Shown here one piece after another: positions 1 to 9,194 of a stretch of DNA of 64,000 nucleotides (the stretch's first letter is position 1; every line of letters starts with the position of its first letter). Origin of the DNA: Iamia sp. (GTDB lineage Bacteria; Actinomycetota; Acidimicrobiia; Acidimicrobiales; Iamiaceae); NCBI GenBank assembly GCA_035765045.1, contig DASTYI010000112.1, positions 3,600 to 67,599 of the forward strand. Direction: 5' to 3'. Below the pieces are notes generated by a model, which was given only the letters and a program-made list of their open reading frames with translations, made no database searches and had not been told where the DNA came from. Both the position numbers and the translations under genes were made by a program.

Positions 1-1
1 C

Positions 2-346
2 CCCGCCTACGCCGGGCCGCCGACGTGGGTCCACGGCGACCTCCTCGCCGCCAACCTCCTCGTCGCCGACGGGCGCCTCGCCGGGGTGCTCGACTGGGGT
101 GGCAGCGGCACCGGCGACCCGGCCGCCGACCTCTACCCGGCGTGGGTGCTCGACCGGGCCGGGCGCCAGCGGTTCCGCTCCGCCCTCGGCGTCGACGACG
201 CCTCGTGGGCCCGCGGCCGGGGCTGGGCGCTGCGCACACCGATCCAGGGCCTGCCCTACTACCGGGACACCAACCCGGGCTTCGCGGCGATGAGCCGGGC
301 CGTCCTGGACCAGGTGCTTTGGGGGGCCGACGGGGCAAGCGGCTAG
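2..346 (+). CDS. Aminoglycoside phosphotransferase (APH) family protein, 5'-truncated by window edge
   Basis: Frame from nt 2 reads PAYAGPPTWVHGDLLAANLLVADGRLAGVLDWG..GDPAAD: Brenner HGDxxxxN and DW motifs. Confidence 0.85.
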   Translation, partial: PAYAGPPTWVHGDLLAANLLVADGRLAGVLDWGGSGTGDPAADLYPAWVLDRAGRQRFRSALGVDDASWARGRGWALRTPIQGLPYYRDTNPGFAAMSRAVLDQVLWGADGASG

Positions 347-379
347 ACAACGCGGAACCGCATCCTCGGAGGAAGCACC

Positions 380-1600
380 GTGCCCGAAGCCGTCATCGTC
401 TCGACCGCCCGCACGCCGATCGGGCGGGCCATGAAGGGCTCGCTCAAGAACGAGCGCCCCGACGACCTCACCGCCTTCATCGTCGACACGGCGCTGAACC
501 AGGTGCCCGAGCTCGACCGCCAGACCGTCGAGGACCTGATCCTCGGCTGCGGTCAGCCCGCCGGCGAGAGCGGCTTCAACATGGCCCGCATCGCCGCCAT
601 CCAGGCCGGCATGCCCGACGTCCCCGGCGTCACCATCAACCGCTACTGCTCGTCGTCGCTCCAGGCGATCCGCATGGCCGCCCACGCCATCAGGGCCGGC
701 GAGGGCGACGTCTTCGTGGCCGCCGGCGTCGAGACCGTCAGCCGCTTCCTCAACGGCATGGCCGACGTCGGCGGGGCCAAGAACCCCCGCTACGCCGAGG
801 CCGAGGCCCGCACCGCCGCCCGCCAGGCCGGCGGCCAGGGCGACTGGACCCCGCCGGAGGGCCTGCCCGACGTCTACATCGCCATGGGCGAGACGGCCGA
901 GAACGTGGCCGAGTACACCGGCACCACCCGCGAGGAGATGGACGAGTTCGCCGCCCTCAGCCAGCAGCGGGCCACCGCCTCGCTGGAGAACGGCTTCTGG
1001 GAGGCCGAGATCACCCCCGTGGTGACCAAGGACGACGAGGGCAACGAGGTCACCGTCACCCGTGACGACGGCATCCGGGCCGGCACCACCGCCGAGGGCC
1101 TGGCCAACCTCAAGCCCGCCTTCCGCCCCGACGGTCGGGTCACCGCCGGCAACGCCTGCCCCCTCAACGACGGCGCCGCCGCCGTGGTCGTCATGAGCGA
1201 CACCCGGGCCAAGGAGCTCGGCCTCACCCCGCTGGCCCGCGTCGTGGCCTCGGGCGTCTCGGGTCTCAACCCCGAGATCATGGGCCTGGGCCCGATCGAG
1301 GCGTCGAAGCAGGCCCTCGCCCGCGCCGGCCTGTCGATCGACGACATCGACCTGGTCGAGATCAACGAGGCCTTCGCCGCCCAGGTGATCCCGTCGGCCA
1401 AGGAGCTCGGCATCAGCTGGGACAAGCTCAACGTCAACGGCGGCGCCATCGCCGTCGGCCACCCCTTCGGCATGACCGGCGCCCGCATCGCCACCACCCT
1501 GATCCACGGCCTCCAGGAGGCCGACGGCCGCTACGGCCTGGAGACGATGTGCGTCGGCGGCGGCCAGGGCATGGCCATGATCTTCGAGCGCCTCGGCTAG
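380..1600 (+). CDS. Acetyl-CoA C-acyltransferase (thiolase)
   Basis: NRYCSSS, NEAFA, GHPFGMTG and CVGGGQG thiolase motifs; GGAGG RBS upstream of GTG. Confidence 0.95.
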   Translation: MPEAVIVSTARTPIGRAMKGSLKNERPDDLTAFIVDTALNQVPELDRQTVEDLILGCGQPAGESGFNMARIAAIQAGMPDVPGVTINRYCSSSLQAIRMAAHAIRAGEGDVFVAAGVETVSRFLNGMADVGGAKNPRYAEAEARTAARQAGGQGDWTPPEGLPDVYIAMGETAENVAEYTGTTREEMDEFAALSQQRATASLENGFWEAEITPVVTKDDEGNEVTVTRDDGIRAGTTAEGLANLKPAFRPDGRVTAGNACPLNDGAAAVVVMSDTRAKELGLTPLARVVASGVSGLNPEIMGLGPIEASKQALARAGLSIDDIDLVEINEAFAAQVIPSAKELGISWDKLNVNGGAIAVGHPFGMTGARIATTLIHGLQEADGRYGLETMCVGGGQGMAMIFERLG

Positions 1601-1626
1601 ACGCCCCAACCCGCAACCCCTCCGAA

Positions 1627-1670
1627 CTGGCGATCAGATCCGACGGCTTCCCGTCGGATCTGATCGCCAG
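1627..1670. repeat. REP-like perfect 20-bp hairpin (family A, copy 1); probable bidirectional terminator
   Basis: CTGGCGATCAGATCCGACGG-CTTC-CCGTCGGATCTGATCGCCAG between convergent genes; near-identical copy at 24477-24520. Confidence 0.9.
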
Positions 1671-1677
1671 CTCGCGT

Positions 1678-2847
1678 CTAGAGCAGGGCGTCGGGGCCGA
1701 GGTCGTGGACGCTGGTGGTGCCGGTGAGGCCGAGGGCGACGTCGATGTCGGCCTTGAGGCCCTCGATCACGTGGGCCACGCCGGCCTCGCCCCGGGCGGC
1801 GACGGCCCACGCCCAGCCCCGGCCGATCAGGCAAGCGCGGGCCCCGAGGGCGAGGAGCTTGACCACGTCGAGCCCGCTGCGGACGCCGCCGTCGGCCAGC
1901 ACCTCGACCTGGTCCCCCACGGCCTCGGCCACGCCGGGCAGGGCCCGGGCCGCCGACGCCACGGCGTCGAGCTGGCGACCGCCGTGGTTCGACACGACCA
2001 GCCCGTCGACCCCGGCGTCGACCGCCCGGCGGGCGTCCTCGGGGTCGAGCACGCCCTTCACCAGCAGCTTGCCGGTCCAGTGCTCGCGCACCCAGGCGAT
2101 GTCGTCCCACGTGACCGACGGGTCGAACTGGGCGTCGACCCACACCTTGAACGCCTCGGGGGTGCGGGCCCCGGGCACGGCCTCCTCGAGGTTGCCGAAG
2201 GTCAGCGGCTTGCCGCCGATGGCGACGTCGCGCAGCCACTGCGGATGCGACACCAGGTCGAGGCCGCGCCGGGCCTTGGCCCACGCCGTGACCTCGCCCA
2301 CCATGGCGTTGCGGGTGTCGCGGTGGCGGGCGCCGACGACGGCCAGGTCGACCGTCAGCACCAGCACCGGGCTGCCGACCTTCGCCGCCCGGGCCATCAG
2401 CCCCTCGGCGTAGCCCCGGTCCCGCATCACGTAGAGCTGGAACCACGGCGGTCGGCTGGTCGCCCCGGCCACCTCCTCGATCGGGCAGATCGACACCGTC
2501 GACTCGACGAAGGGCACGCCCGCGGCCTCGGCCGCCCGCGCCGCCTGGACCTCGGCCCGCTGAGCGAACATCCCGCCCAGCCCGACCGGCCCGAGGATCA
2601 CCGGCGTGCTCAGCTCCTGGCCGAGGACGCTGGTGGCCTGGGTGCGGGTGCCGACGTCGCGCATCACGCGCTGGCGGAGGCGGACGTCGACCAGGTCGGC
2701 GACGTTGGCCGCCATGGTCGCCTCGTCGTAGGCGCCGCCGTCGATGTAGTCGAACAGCTGGCGGGGCAGCCGCCGCCGGGCCAACTCCCGGTAGTCCGAG
2801 ATGGTGGCCGGGGCCACCCCGAGAGGTCGATCAGCCGAGAACCGCAT
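1678..2847 (-). CDS. FMN-dependent alpha-hydroxy acid dehydrogenase (L-lactate dehydrogenase-like)
   Basis: FDYIDGGA, WFQLY, SNHGGRQLD and DGGVRSG motifs; start taken at MRFSAD. Confidence 0.93.
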   Translation of the reverse strand: MRFSADRPLGVAPATISDYRELARRRLPRQLFDYIDGGAYDEATMAANVADLVDVRLRQRVMRDVGTRTQATSVLGQELSTPVILGPVGLGGMFAQRAEVQAARAAEAAGVPFVESTVSICPIEEVAGATSRPPWFQLYVMRDRGYAEGLMARAAKVGSPVLVLTVDLAVVGARHRDTRNAMVGEVTAWAKARRGLDLVSHPQWLRDVAIGGKPLTFGNLEEAVPGARTPEAFKVWVDAQFDPSVTWDDIAWVREHWTGKLLVKGVLDPEDARRAVDAGVDGLVVSNHGGRQLDAVASAARALPGVAEAVGDQVEVLADGGVRSGLDVVKLLALGARACLIGRGWAWAVAARGEAGVAHVIEGLKADIDVALGLTGTTSVHDLGPDALL

Positions 2848-2910
2848 GGCCGGGCACGGTAGATCAGACCCCGTCCCGACGACCGACCACCCACCCATCC
2901 CCGCCCCCTC

Positions 2911-3093
2911 CGCGACCAGGACCGACAGAAACCGGTTCTGGTCCGGTCAGGTCGCGCCGGCGTTCTGGCGCGGGGACGTCGCGCCAGCGCGACCTCTCCG
3001 CGCCGAATCGCCTCGCCGCCAGTTCTGATGACCCGACGTCGCGCCGGCGCGACCGACCTCTACCAGAACCAGTTCTTGTAGAGGTCGGTCGCG
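2911..3093. repeat. Cluster of REP-like palindromes (family B: GTTCTG..GTCGCG-N4-CGCGAC..CAGAAC)
   Basis: Several GTCGCG/CGCGAC-cored hairpins, e.g. CGCGACCGACCTCTAC..GTAGAGGTCGGTCGCG; same architecture at 40318-40459. Confidence 0.75.
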
Positions 3094-3942
3094 TCAGGCC
3101 TGGCGGGTGACCTCGACGGTGACGGCGAGCTCCTGGGCGCCGCCGCCGGCGTAGACGCCCCGGAAGGGCGGCACGTCGTGGTAGTCCCGGCCGGCGGCGA
3201 CCCGGACGTGGCGGTCGGCCACCGGGGCCAACGAGGTCGGGTCGAGGGGCCAGACGGAGCCGGTCCACGCCGCCACCCAGGCGTGGCTCTCACCCACCGC
3301 CACCTCGTCGACCTCGGGCTCGTCGGCCGGGTGCAGGTAGCCCGACACGTACCAGGCCGGGATGCCCATGGCCCGCAGGAGGGCCAGCGAGAGGTGGGCG
3401 AAGTCCTGGCACACGCCCCGGCCGGCGGCCAGCACCTCGGGGGCCGTGGTGGTGACGCCGGTGAAGCCCTGCTCGTAGGAGAGGTGGTCGTGGACGAAGC
3501 CGACCGCGGCCTCGGCCGCCGCCGCCGGGGTGGCCGCCGAGGCCCGGATGTCGGCGGCCGCGGCGGCGAGGGCGGCGTCCTCGAAGGCGACGATCGGGGT
3601 CGGCACCAGCAGCTCGTAGAAGCGGTCCCGCACCTCGGCGCCGGCCAGGTCGTCCCACGTGGCGTCGCCCGGCCCGGTCGTGGTCACCCCCGTCTCGACC
3701 ACCGCCTTGGCCACCACCGACAACTCGGTGTGGGGCACCTGGAGGTCGAAGTGGTGGACCATCGTCCCCCAGTAGTCGACGTGGTTGACCACCCGGACCG
3801 CCGGGGTGACCTCCAGGCTCCACGACAGGACCGTCTGGCGCCGGTCGCTGCGGGGCTCCAGCCGGGCCTCGTTGTACGAGGCGGTGACCGGGGCCTCGTA
3901 GCGGTACGAGGTCGTGTGGGTGATCGCCAGCCGGGTCGCCAT
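3094..3942 (-). CDS. Transglutaminase-like protein (Bact_transglu_N + transglutaminase core)
   Basis: MATRLAITHTTSYRY start; GVCQDFAH, SHAW and DPT catalytic-triad motifs; 1-bp overlap with upstream stop. Confidence 0.93.
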   Translation of the reverse strand: MATRLAITHTTSYRYEAPVTASYNEARLEPRSDRRQTVLSWSLEVTPAVRVVNHVDYWGTMVHHFDLQVPHTELSVVAKAVVETGVTTTGPGDATWDDLAGAEVRDRFYELLVPTPIVAFEDAALAAAAADIRASAATPAAAAEAAVGFVHDHLSYEQGFTGVTTTAPEVLAAGRGVCQDFAHLSLALLRAMGIPAWYVSGYLHPADEPEVDEVAVGESHAWVAAWTGSVWPLDPTSLAPVADRHVRVAAGRDYHDVPPFRGVYAGGGAQELAVTVEVTRQA

Positions 3943-4877
3943 CAGACGTGCGCCACCGGGAGGTCGCCCTGCCACTCGATCAGGTCGGCCCGGCGGAAGT
4001 AGCGGGCCTTGACCAGTTCGTCGGCCCGCCGGCAGGCGTCCTGGAGCCGGGCGAGCATGGCCTCCGTCGTGCGGGCCAGGTCGTCGGGGCCGGTGTAGGT
4101 CAGCTCGGCGCGCACCCGCCCGATGATCCGCACGGCGGTGTCGGGCGTGCCCGTCGAGGTGGCGATCTCGCGCAGCGACGTCTCGGCCAGGTCGAGGGCG
4201 TAGGCGACCGACCGGGGCAGGTCCTCGGCCTGGAGGAGCATGGCGAGGGCCCGGGTCCGGGTGACGTCGCCGCCGTGGGTGCGGAGGAAGGCGTCGTTGG
4301 CGCCGCAGCTGACCAGCACGCTCGACCAGCTCGACGGGTCGTCGGAGTCGGTGACGGCGCCGAGCAGCCGGGCGGTCATGTCGACCCGCTCCAGGCAGCG
4401 CCCGACGGTGAGGAAGCGCCAGCCGTCGTCGTGGAGCACGACGGTGTCGATCAACCCGCCGATCAGGGCGACCCGCTCCTGCACCCAGCGGAAGAAGAGG
4501 TACGGACCGAGGGCCCGGGCCGCCCGGATCTGGGCGTCGAGATCGTGGTGGGTGCGGTTGATCGCCTCCCACACCTCGGTGGCGAGGGCCTCGCGCAGCC
4601 CCCGGGCGTTGGCGCGCGCCAGGCGGAGCGAGCCGGCCACGGAGCTGGGGTTCTCGGGGTCGTAGGCGAGCAGCTCGGTGGCCCGCCACAGGTCGACGGC
4701 CTCGACCTCGGCGCTCCCGGCCAGCCCCATGGCGGCGAGGAGGGTGGCCCCGACGTTCTCGTCGGCGGCGTCGGCCAGCATCCGGTGGACGTGGACGTCG
4801 AGGAGCCGGGCGGTGTCGTCGGCCCGCTCGACGTAGCGCCCCATCCAGTACAGCGACTCGGCGATCCGGCTCAGCAC
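3942..4877 (-). CDS. Alpha-E domain-containing protein
   Basis: VLSRIAESLYWMGRYVERA and GRCLERVDMTARLL: the two ER motifs of the alpha-E family. Confidence 0.93.
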   Translation of the reverse strand: MLSRIAESLYWMGRYVERADDTARLLDVHVHRMLADAADENVGATLLAAMGLAGSAEVEAVDLWRATELLAYDPENPSSVAGSLRLARANARGLREALATEVWEAINRTHHDLDAQIRAARALGPYLFFRWVQERVALIGGLIDTVVLHDDGWRFLTVGRCLERVDMTARLLGAVTDSDDPSSWSSVLVSCGANDAFLRTHGGDVTRTRALAMLLQAEDLPRSVAYALDLAETSLREIATSTGTPDTAVRIIGRVRAELTYTGPDDLARTTEAMLARLQDACRRADELVKARYFRRADLIEWQGDLPVAHV

Positions 4878-6496
4878 GGCTCGACCTGCTGCTGCTGGAG
4901 CTGCTGCTGGTGCTGGCGCTCGTGGTCGTCGGCCGGGCCGAACTGGAGGGGGACGGGGGCCGCCTCGGGGCGGCCCGGCTTGTCGGCGGCGACGGTGACC
5001 ACCGGGACCGGGCCGGTGCTGCCCACGGCGGCGGCCACCCCGCTGTCCTGGAGCACCCAGGTGTCCTTCGACCCGCCGCCCTGGCTCGAGTTCACCACCA
5101 GGCTCCCCTCGGGCAGCGCCACCCGGGTGAGGCCGCCGGGCAGCACCCACACCTTCTCCCCGTCGTTGACGGCGAAGGGGCGGAGGTCGAGGTGGCGGGG
5201 CCGCAGCCGGCCGTCGACCAGCGTCGGCGCCGTCGACAGCGTCACCACCGGCTGGGCGATCCAGCCCCGGGGCTCGGCCAGGATCGTCGCCCGGGCCGTC
5301 GCCAGCTCCTCGTCGCCGCACGACGGGCCGAACACCAGCCCGTAGCCGCCCGAGCCGTCGACCGGCTTCACCACCATCTGGTCGAGCCGGTCGAGGACGA
5401 AGGCCCGGGCGTCGGGGTCCTCCAGCCGATAGGTGTCGACGTTGCGGAGGATGGCCGGCTCGCCGAGGTAGTACTCGATCAGGTCGGGCACGTAGGTGTA
5501 CATCAGCTTGTCGTCGGCGACGCCGTTCCCGATGGCGTTGGCGATGGTGACGTTGCCGGCCCGGTTGGCGTGGACCAGCCCGGCCACGCCGAGCACGGTG
5601 TCGGGCCGGAACTGGAGCGGGTCGAGGAAGTCGTCGTCGATGCGCCGGAAGATGACGTCGACCCGCTCCTCGCCGGCCGTGGTGCGGACGTAGCAGACGT
5701 CGTCGCGGCAGAAGAGGTCCCGCCCCTCGACCAGGTCGACACCCATCAGCCGGGCCAGCAGGGCGTGCTCGAAGTAGGCCGAGTTGTGGACGCCCGGGGT
5801 CAGCACGACGATCCGCGGGTTGCGCACCGAGGGCGCCGTCGCCCGCAGGCCCCGCAGCAGGTGGCGGGGGTAGTCGTCGACCGGGGCGATCGTCTGGGCC
5901 CGGAACAGGTCGGGGAAGACCCGGGCCATCACCCGCCGGTTCTCCATCACGTACGACACGCCCGACGGCGAGCGCAGGTTGTCCTCCAGCACCCGCATCT
6001 CGCCGTGCTCGTCCCGGATCACGTCGATCCCGGCGACGTGGATGTGGACGCCACCCGGCGGGCGGATCCCGTACACCTGGCGATGGAAGTGGGGCGAGGA
6101 GTGGACCAGGCTCCGCGGCACGACGCCGTCGTCGAGCACCTGGCCCTCGCCGTAGATGTCGGCGAGGAACATCTCCAGCGCCTTGACCCGCTGGACGATG
6201 CCCGCCTCCAGCCGGGCCCAGTCGCCGGCCCCGATCACCCGGGGCACCAGGTCGAGCGGGAAGGGCCGCTCCTCGCCGGAGAGGGCGAAGGTGACGCCCC
6301 GGTCGCGGTAGGCCCGGCTCAGCGCCTCGGTCCGGGCCAGGAGGTCGTCGGAGGTCTGGGGCCGGAGGGTGTCGTGGATGACCCGGTAGGTCTCCCGCGG
6401 CCGCCCGAAGCGGTCGAACATCTCGTCGTGGGCCCGGCGGGTGGTGTCCGAGTCGTAGCCCTCGAAGAGGTCCGTCACGCGCTCACGCTCCCCCAT
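4871..6496 (-). CDS. Circularly permuted type 2 ATP-grasp protein
   Basis: VLEDNLRSPSGVSY, NAIGNGVADDK, KPVDGSGGYG and VVNSSQGGGSKDTWV motifs; Gln-rich tail; true start may be GTG 6478. Confidence 0.95.
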   Translation of the reverse strand: MGERERVTDLFEGYDSDTTRRAHDEMFDRFGRPRETYRVIHDTLRPQTSDDLLARTEALSRAYRDRGVTFALSGEERPFPLDLVPRVIGAGDWARLEAGIVQRVKALEMFLADIYGEGQVLDDGVVPRSLVHSSPHFHRQVYGIRPPGGVHIHVAGIDVIRDEHGEMRVLEDNLRSPSGVSYVMENRRVMARVFPDLFRAQTIAPVDDYPRHLLRGLRATAPSVRNPRIVVLTPGVHNSAYFEHALLARLMGVDLVEGRDLFCRDDVCYVRTTAGEERVDVIFRRIDDDFLDPLQFRPDTVLGVAGLVHANRAGNVTIANAIGNGVADDKLMYTYVPDLIEYYLGEPAILRNVDTYRLEDPDARAFVLDRLDQMVVKPVDGSGGYGLVFGPSCGDEELATARATILAEPRGWIAQPVVTLSTAPTLVDGRLRPRHLDLRPFAVNDGEKVWVLPGGLTRVALPEGSLVVNSSQGGGSKDTWVLQDSGVAAAVGSTGPVPVVTVAADKPGRPEAAPVPLQFGPADDHERQHQQQLQQQQVEPC

Positions 6497-6619
6497 GCGT
6501 GTTGCACGAGTCGCACACCGGTGTGAACCACGTGTGAACGGTCACGAGCGGGGACGGTACCCGGGAGGCGGGCGCTCACACCGACGATGCGGGTCGAGCG
6601 CCCGGTGGCGGCCCCGTCG

Positions 6620-7153
6620 TCACCCCCGCCCGGGGGCCGCCGCCCGCAGCGCGGGGCCGAGCGGGCCGATGGCGTCCCTCATGGCGACGGTCGTCTCGGG
6701 CTGGCCGAGGACGGCGAGCAGCTGGCGCATGGCGGCCATGTCGCCCTCGACCTCACCACCCCGCTCGATCGCCCCGTGGGCGGGCACGTCGCCCGCCATC
6801 ACGGCCAGGACCAGGTCGTAGGACACCGTCGAGGTCACGTCGGCCGCCGCCGCCCGCCCGATGGCGCTCTCGACCTTCCAGCCCCGCGAGAACCGGTGCC
6901 AGACGAGCAGGGTCCCGCACGGCGACCCGGTGACCTGCTGCTGCCACACCAGGTCGGGCCCGTCGAGCAGCACCGCCGGGGCGATCGGGTGGGCGAGGAA
7001 CCGCACCTGCGGGTGCTCCCGCCACTCGGCCGCCGGATCGACCCGGAACCGCAGGCGGGGCAGGTCGTCGGGGGCGAGGGTGCCGGCGAGGAAGGCGGCG
7101 GCCAGGGCGTCCCGGTCGCCACCGACCACGTCGATCTCCAGCGCACCGCTCAC
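6620..7153 (-). CDS. Hypothetical protein with possible SCP2 (sterol carrier)-like C-terminal domain
   Basis: ADVTSTVSYDLVLAVMAGD..EVEGDMAAM resembles SCP2; TACCGT -10 lies 6 nt before GTG. Confidence 0.55.
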   Translation of the reverse strand: MSGALEIDVVGGDRDALAAAFLAGTLAPDDLPRLRFRVDPAAEWREHPQVRFLAHPIAPAVLLDGPDLVWQQQVTGSPCGTLLVWHRFSRGWKVESAIGRAAAADVTSTVSYDLVLAVMAGDVPAHGAIERGGEVEGDMAAMRQLLAVLGQPETTVAMRDAIGPLGPALRAAAPGRG

Positions 7154-7235
7154 CGCGGCACGGTACGCCACCCGGCGGCGCCGGTTCGGCCCGACGCCGC
7201 CGGGTAGCGGCCCGGACCCCGCACCCGGAGGTCCC

Positions 7236-7376
7236 ATGGGCATCGTGAGCAAGCTGGCCAAGGCCGGCGTGGCCAAGAAGCTGGTCGAGGAGGCCAAGAA
7301 GCCGCAGAACCAGGCCAAGGCCAAGGAGCTGTTCCGGAAGGTCCGCCAGAAGCAGTCCGGCGCCCGTCCCCGCTAG
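7236..7376 (+). CDS. Small basic hypothetical protein (46 aa)
   Basis: GGAGG RBS, ATG and strongly GC3-biased codons; MGIVSKLAKAGVAKKLVEEAKKPQNQAKAKELF. Confidence 0.75.
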   Translation: MGIVSKLAKAGVAKKLVEEAKKPQNQAKAKELFRKVRQKQSGARPR

Positions 7377-8164
7377 GCGCCGCCGACCACCCCGCCGTCG
7401 GCGTGGACCACGGTGCCGGTCACGAAGCTCGACGCCGGCGAGGCGAGGAACAGGGCGGGGCCGACCATCTCCTCGGGCGTCGCCAGCCGGCGCATCAGGC
7501 TCGACCCGGCGATCACGGCGGCGCCCTCGGGCCCGGTGTTGCGCACCATGTCGGTGTCGACGCCGCCGGGGGCGAGGGCGTTGACCCGGATGCCGTCGGG
7601 GGCCAGCTCGGCGGCCAGCGAGCGGGTGTAGGACACCATCGCCGCCTTGGCCGCGGCGTAGAGCGAGAGCCCGGCCGAGAACAGGAAGGCCCCGGCCGAC
7701 ACCACGTTGACGATGGCCGCGCCGTCGGAGGCGCGCAGGTGCGGGAGGCTGTGCTGGATCAGGAACAGCGGGCCCTTCACGTTGACCGCCACCGACTTGT
7801 CGAAGGCGGCCTCGGTGTAGCCGCCGACCGGCTGGGCCAGCGGGTTGGCGCCGTTGTTGACCAGCACGTCGAGGGCGCCGAAGCGCTCGGCGGTGGCGGC
7901 GACGAGCGCCTCGACGTCGTCCAGCTCGCCCAGGTGGCAGGGCACGCCGAGGGCGGTGTGGCCGGCGTCGGTGATCTCCCGGGCCACGGCGGCGCAGGCC
8001 TCGGCCTTGCGGCTGGCGACGACGACCGACGCCCCGGCGGCGGCGAACCCGTGGGCCACCGCCCGGCCGATGCCCCGGGTGCCGCCGGTGACGACGGCGA
8101 CCCGGCCGTCGAGCCGGAACAGGGCGGCCGGGTCGATCGGGCGCGCCGGGTCGCCGGTGCTCAT
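7373..8164 (-). CDS. SDR family oxidoreductase
   Basis: TGGTRGIG, NNG and YAAAK motifs; ATGA overlap with upstream SDR. Confidence 0.93.
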   Translation of the reverse strand: MSTGDPARPIDPAALFRLDGRVAVVTGGTRGIGRAVAHGFAAAGASVVVASRKAEACAAVAREITDAGHTALGVPCHLGELDDVEALVAATAERFGALDVLVNNGANPLAQPVGGYTEAAFDKSVAVNVKGPLFLIQHSLPHLRASDGAAIVNVVSAGAFLFSAGLSLYAAAKAAMVSYTRSLAAELAPDGIRVNALAPGGVDTDMVRNTGPEGAAVIAGSSLMRRLATPEEMVGPALFLASPASSFVTGTVVHADGGVVGGA

Positions 8165-9075
8165 GCGCCGTAGACGGGGGCCTGGGGCGGGGCCTGGGCC
8201 AGCAGCTCGCGGACGGCGGCGCCCAGGTCGGCGGGGTGCCAGCGGGCGCCGTTGTCGATCACGGTGCCGTGCTGCCAGCCGTCGGCCACGCTGACCTTGC
8301 CGCCCTCGGCCTCGAAGACCCGCCCGGTCACCCCGGCGCTGTCGGCCGAGACCAGCCACGCCACCAGGGGCGAGACGTTCTCGGGGGCCATGGCGTCGAA
8401 GGCGTCGGGGTCGTCGGGCTTGGCCATGGCCTCGGCGAAGGGGCCCTCGGTCATGCGGGTGCGGGCCGACGGGGCCAGGGCGTTGGCGGTGACGCCGTAG
8501 CGGCCCAGCTCGGCCGCCTGGACGAGGGTCAGCCCGGCGATCCCCGCCTTGGCCGCCGAGTAGGCGCTCTGCCCGACGCTGCCCATCAGCCCGGCGCCCG
8601 AGGTGGTGTTGACGATGCGGGCGTCAACCGCCTCGCCCGCCTTGGCCAGGTCCCGCCAGTGGGCGGCGGCGTGGCGGGACGGGGCGAAGTGGCCCTTGAG
8701 GTGGACCCGCATGACGATGTCCCACTCGTCCTCGGTGGCGTTGGCGAACATGCGGTCGCGGACGACGCCGGCGTTGTTGACCACGGCGTCGAGCCGGCCC
8801 CACGTGTCGAGGGCGAGGCGGACCATGTGACCGGCCCCGTCCCAGTCGGCGACGTCGTCGCCGCTGACGACGGCGTCCCCGCCGAGGGCCTTGATCTCGG
8901 CCACGACCTCGTGGGCCGGGTTGTCGGCGCTCGGCGTGCCGTCGAGCTCGAGCCCGAAGTCGTTGACCACGACCCGGGCGCCCTGGCGGGCCAGCTCCAG
9001 GGCGTGGCCCCGGCCGAGCCCCCGCCCAGCCCCGGTGACGATGGCGACACGGCCCTCGCAGATCCCTTCCGACAC
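8161..9075 (-). CDS. SDR family oxidoreductase (3-hydroxyacyl-CoA dehydrogenase-like)
   Basis: TGAGRGLG, NNAG and YSAAK motifs; GAGGAG RBS before GTG 9075. Confidence 0.93.
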   Translation of the reverse strand: MSEGICEGRVAIVTGAGRGLGRGHALELARQGARVVVNDFGLELDGTPSADNPAHEVVAEIKALGGDAVVSGDDVADWDGAGHMVRLALDTWGRLDAVVNNAGVVRDRMFANATEDEWDIVMRVHLKGHFAPSRHAAAHWRDLAKAGEAVDARIVNTTSGAGLMGSVGQSAYSAAKAGIAGLTLVQAAELGRYGVTANALAPSARTRMTEGPFAEAMAKPDDPDAFDAMAPENVSPLVAWLVSADSAGVTGRVFEAEGGKVSVADGWQHGTVIDNGARWHPADLGAAVRELLAQAPPQAPVYGA

Positions 9076-9097
9076 GTGCGCTCCTCGGCGTGCAGGC

Positions 9098-9148
9098 CCA
9101 ACCTTGGACGGCACCCGCCGCATGCGGCGGCGTCCCGTCCAAAGTTCG
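9098..9148. repeat. REP-like imperfect palindrome (family C, copy 1)
   Basis: CCAACCTTGGACG..CCGCCGCATGCGGCGG..CGTCCAAAGTTCG; inverted copy at 17721-17772. Confidence 0.85.
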
Positions 9149-9156
9149 ACGGCGTT

Positions 9157-9173
9157 TCTGACGAGGCGTCAGA
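9157..9173. promoter_or_regulatory. Candidate operator palindrome TCTGACG-N3-CGTCAGA
   Basis: Perfect 7-bp inverted repeat in the divergent SDR/LLM intergenic region, just upstream of the TACGGT -10. Confidence 0.55.
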
Positions 9174-9194
9174 TTACCGGTACGGTCGGCATCC

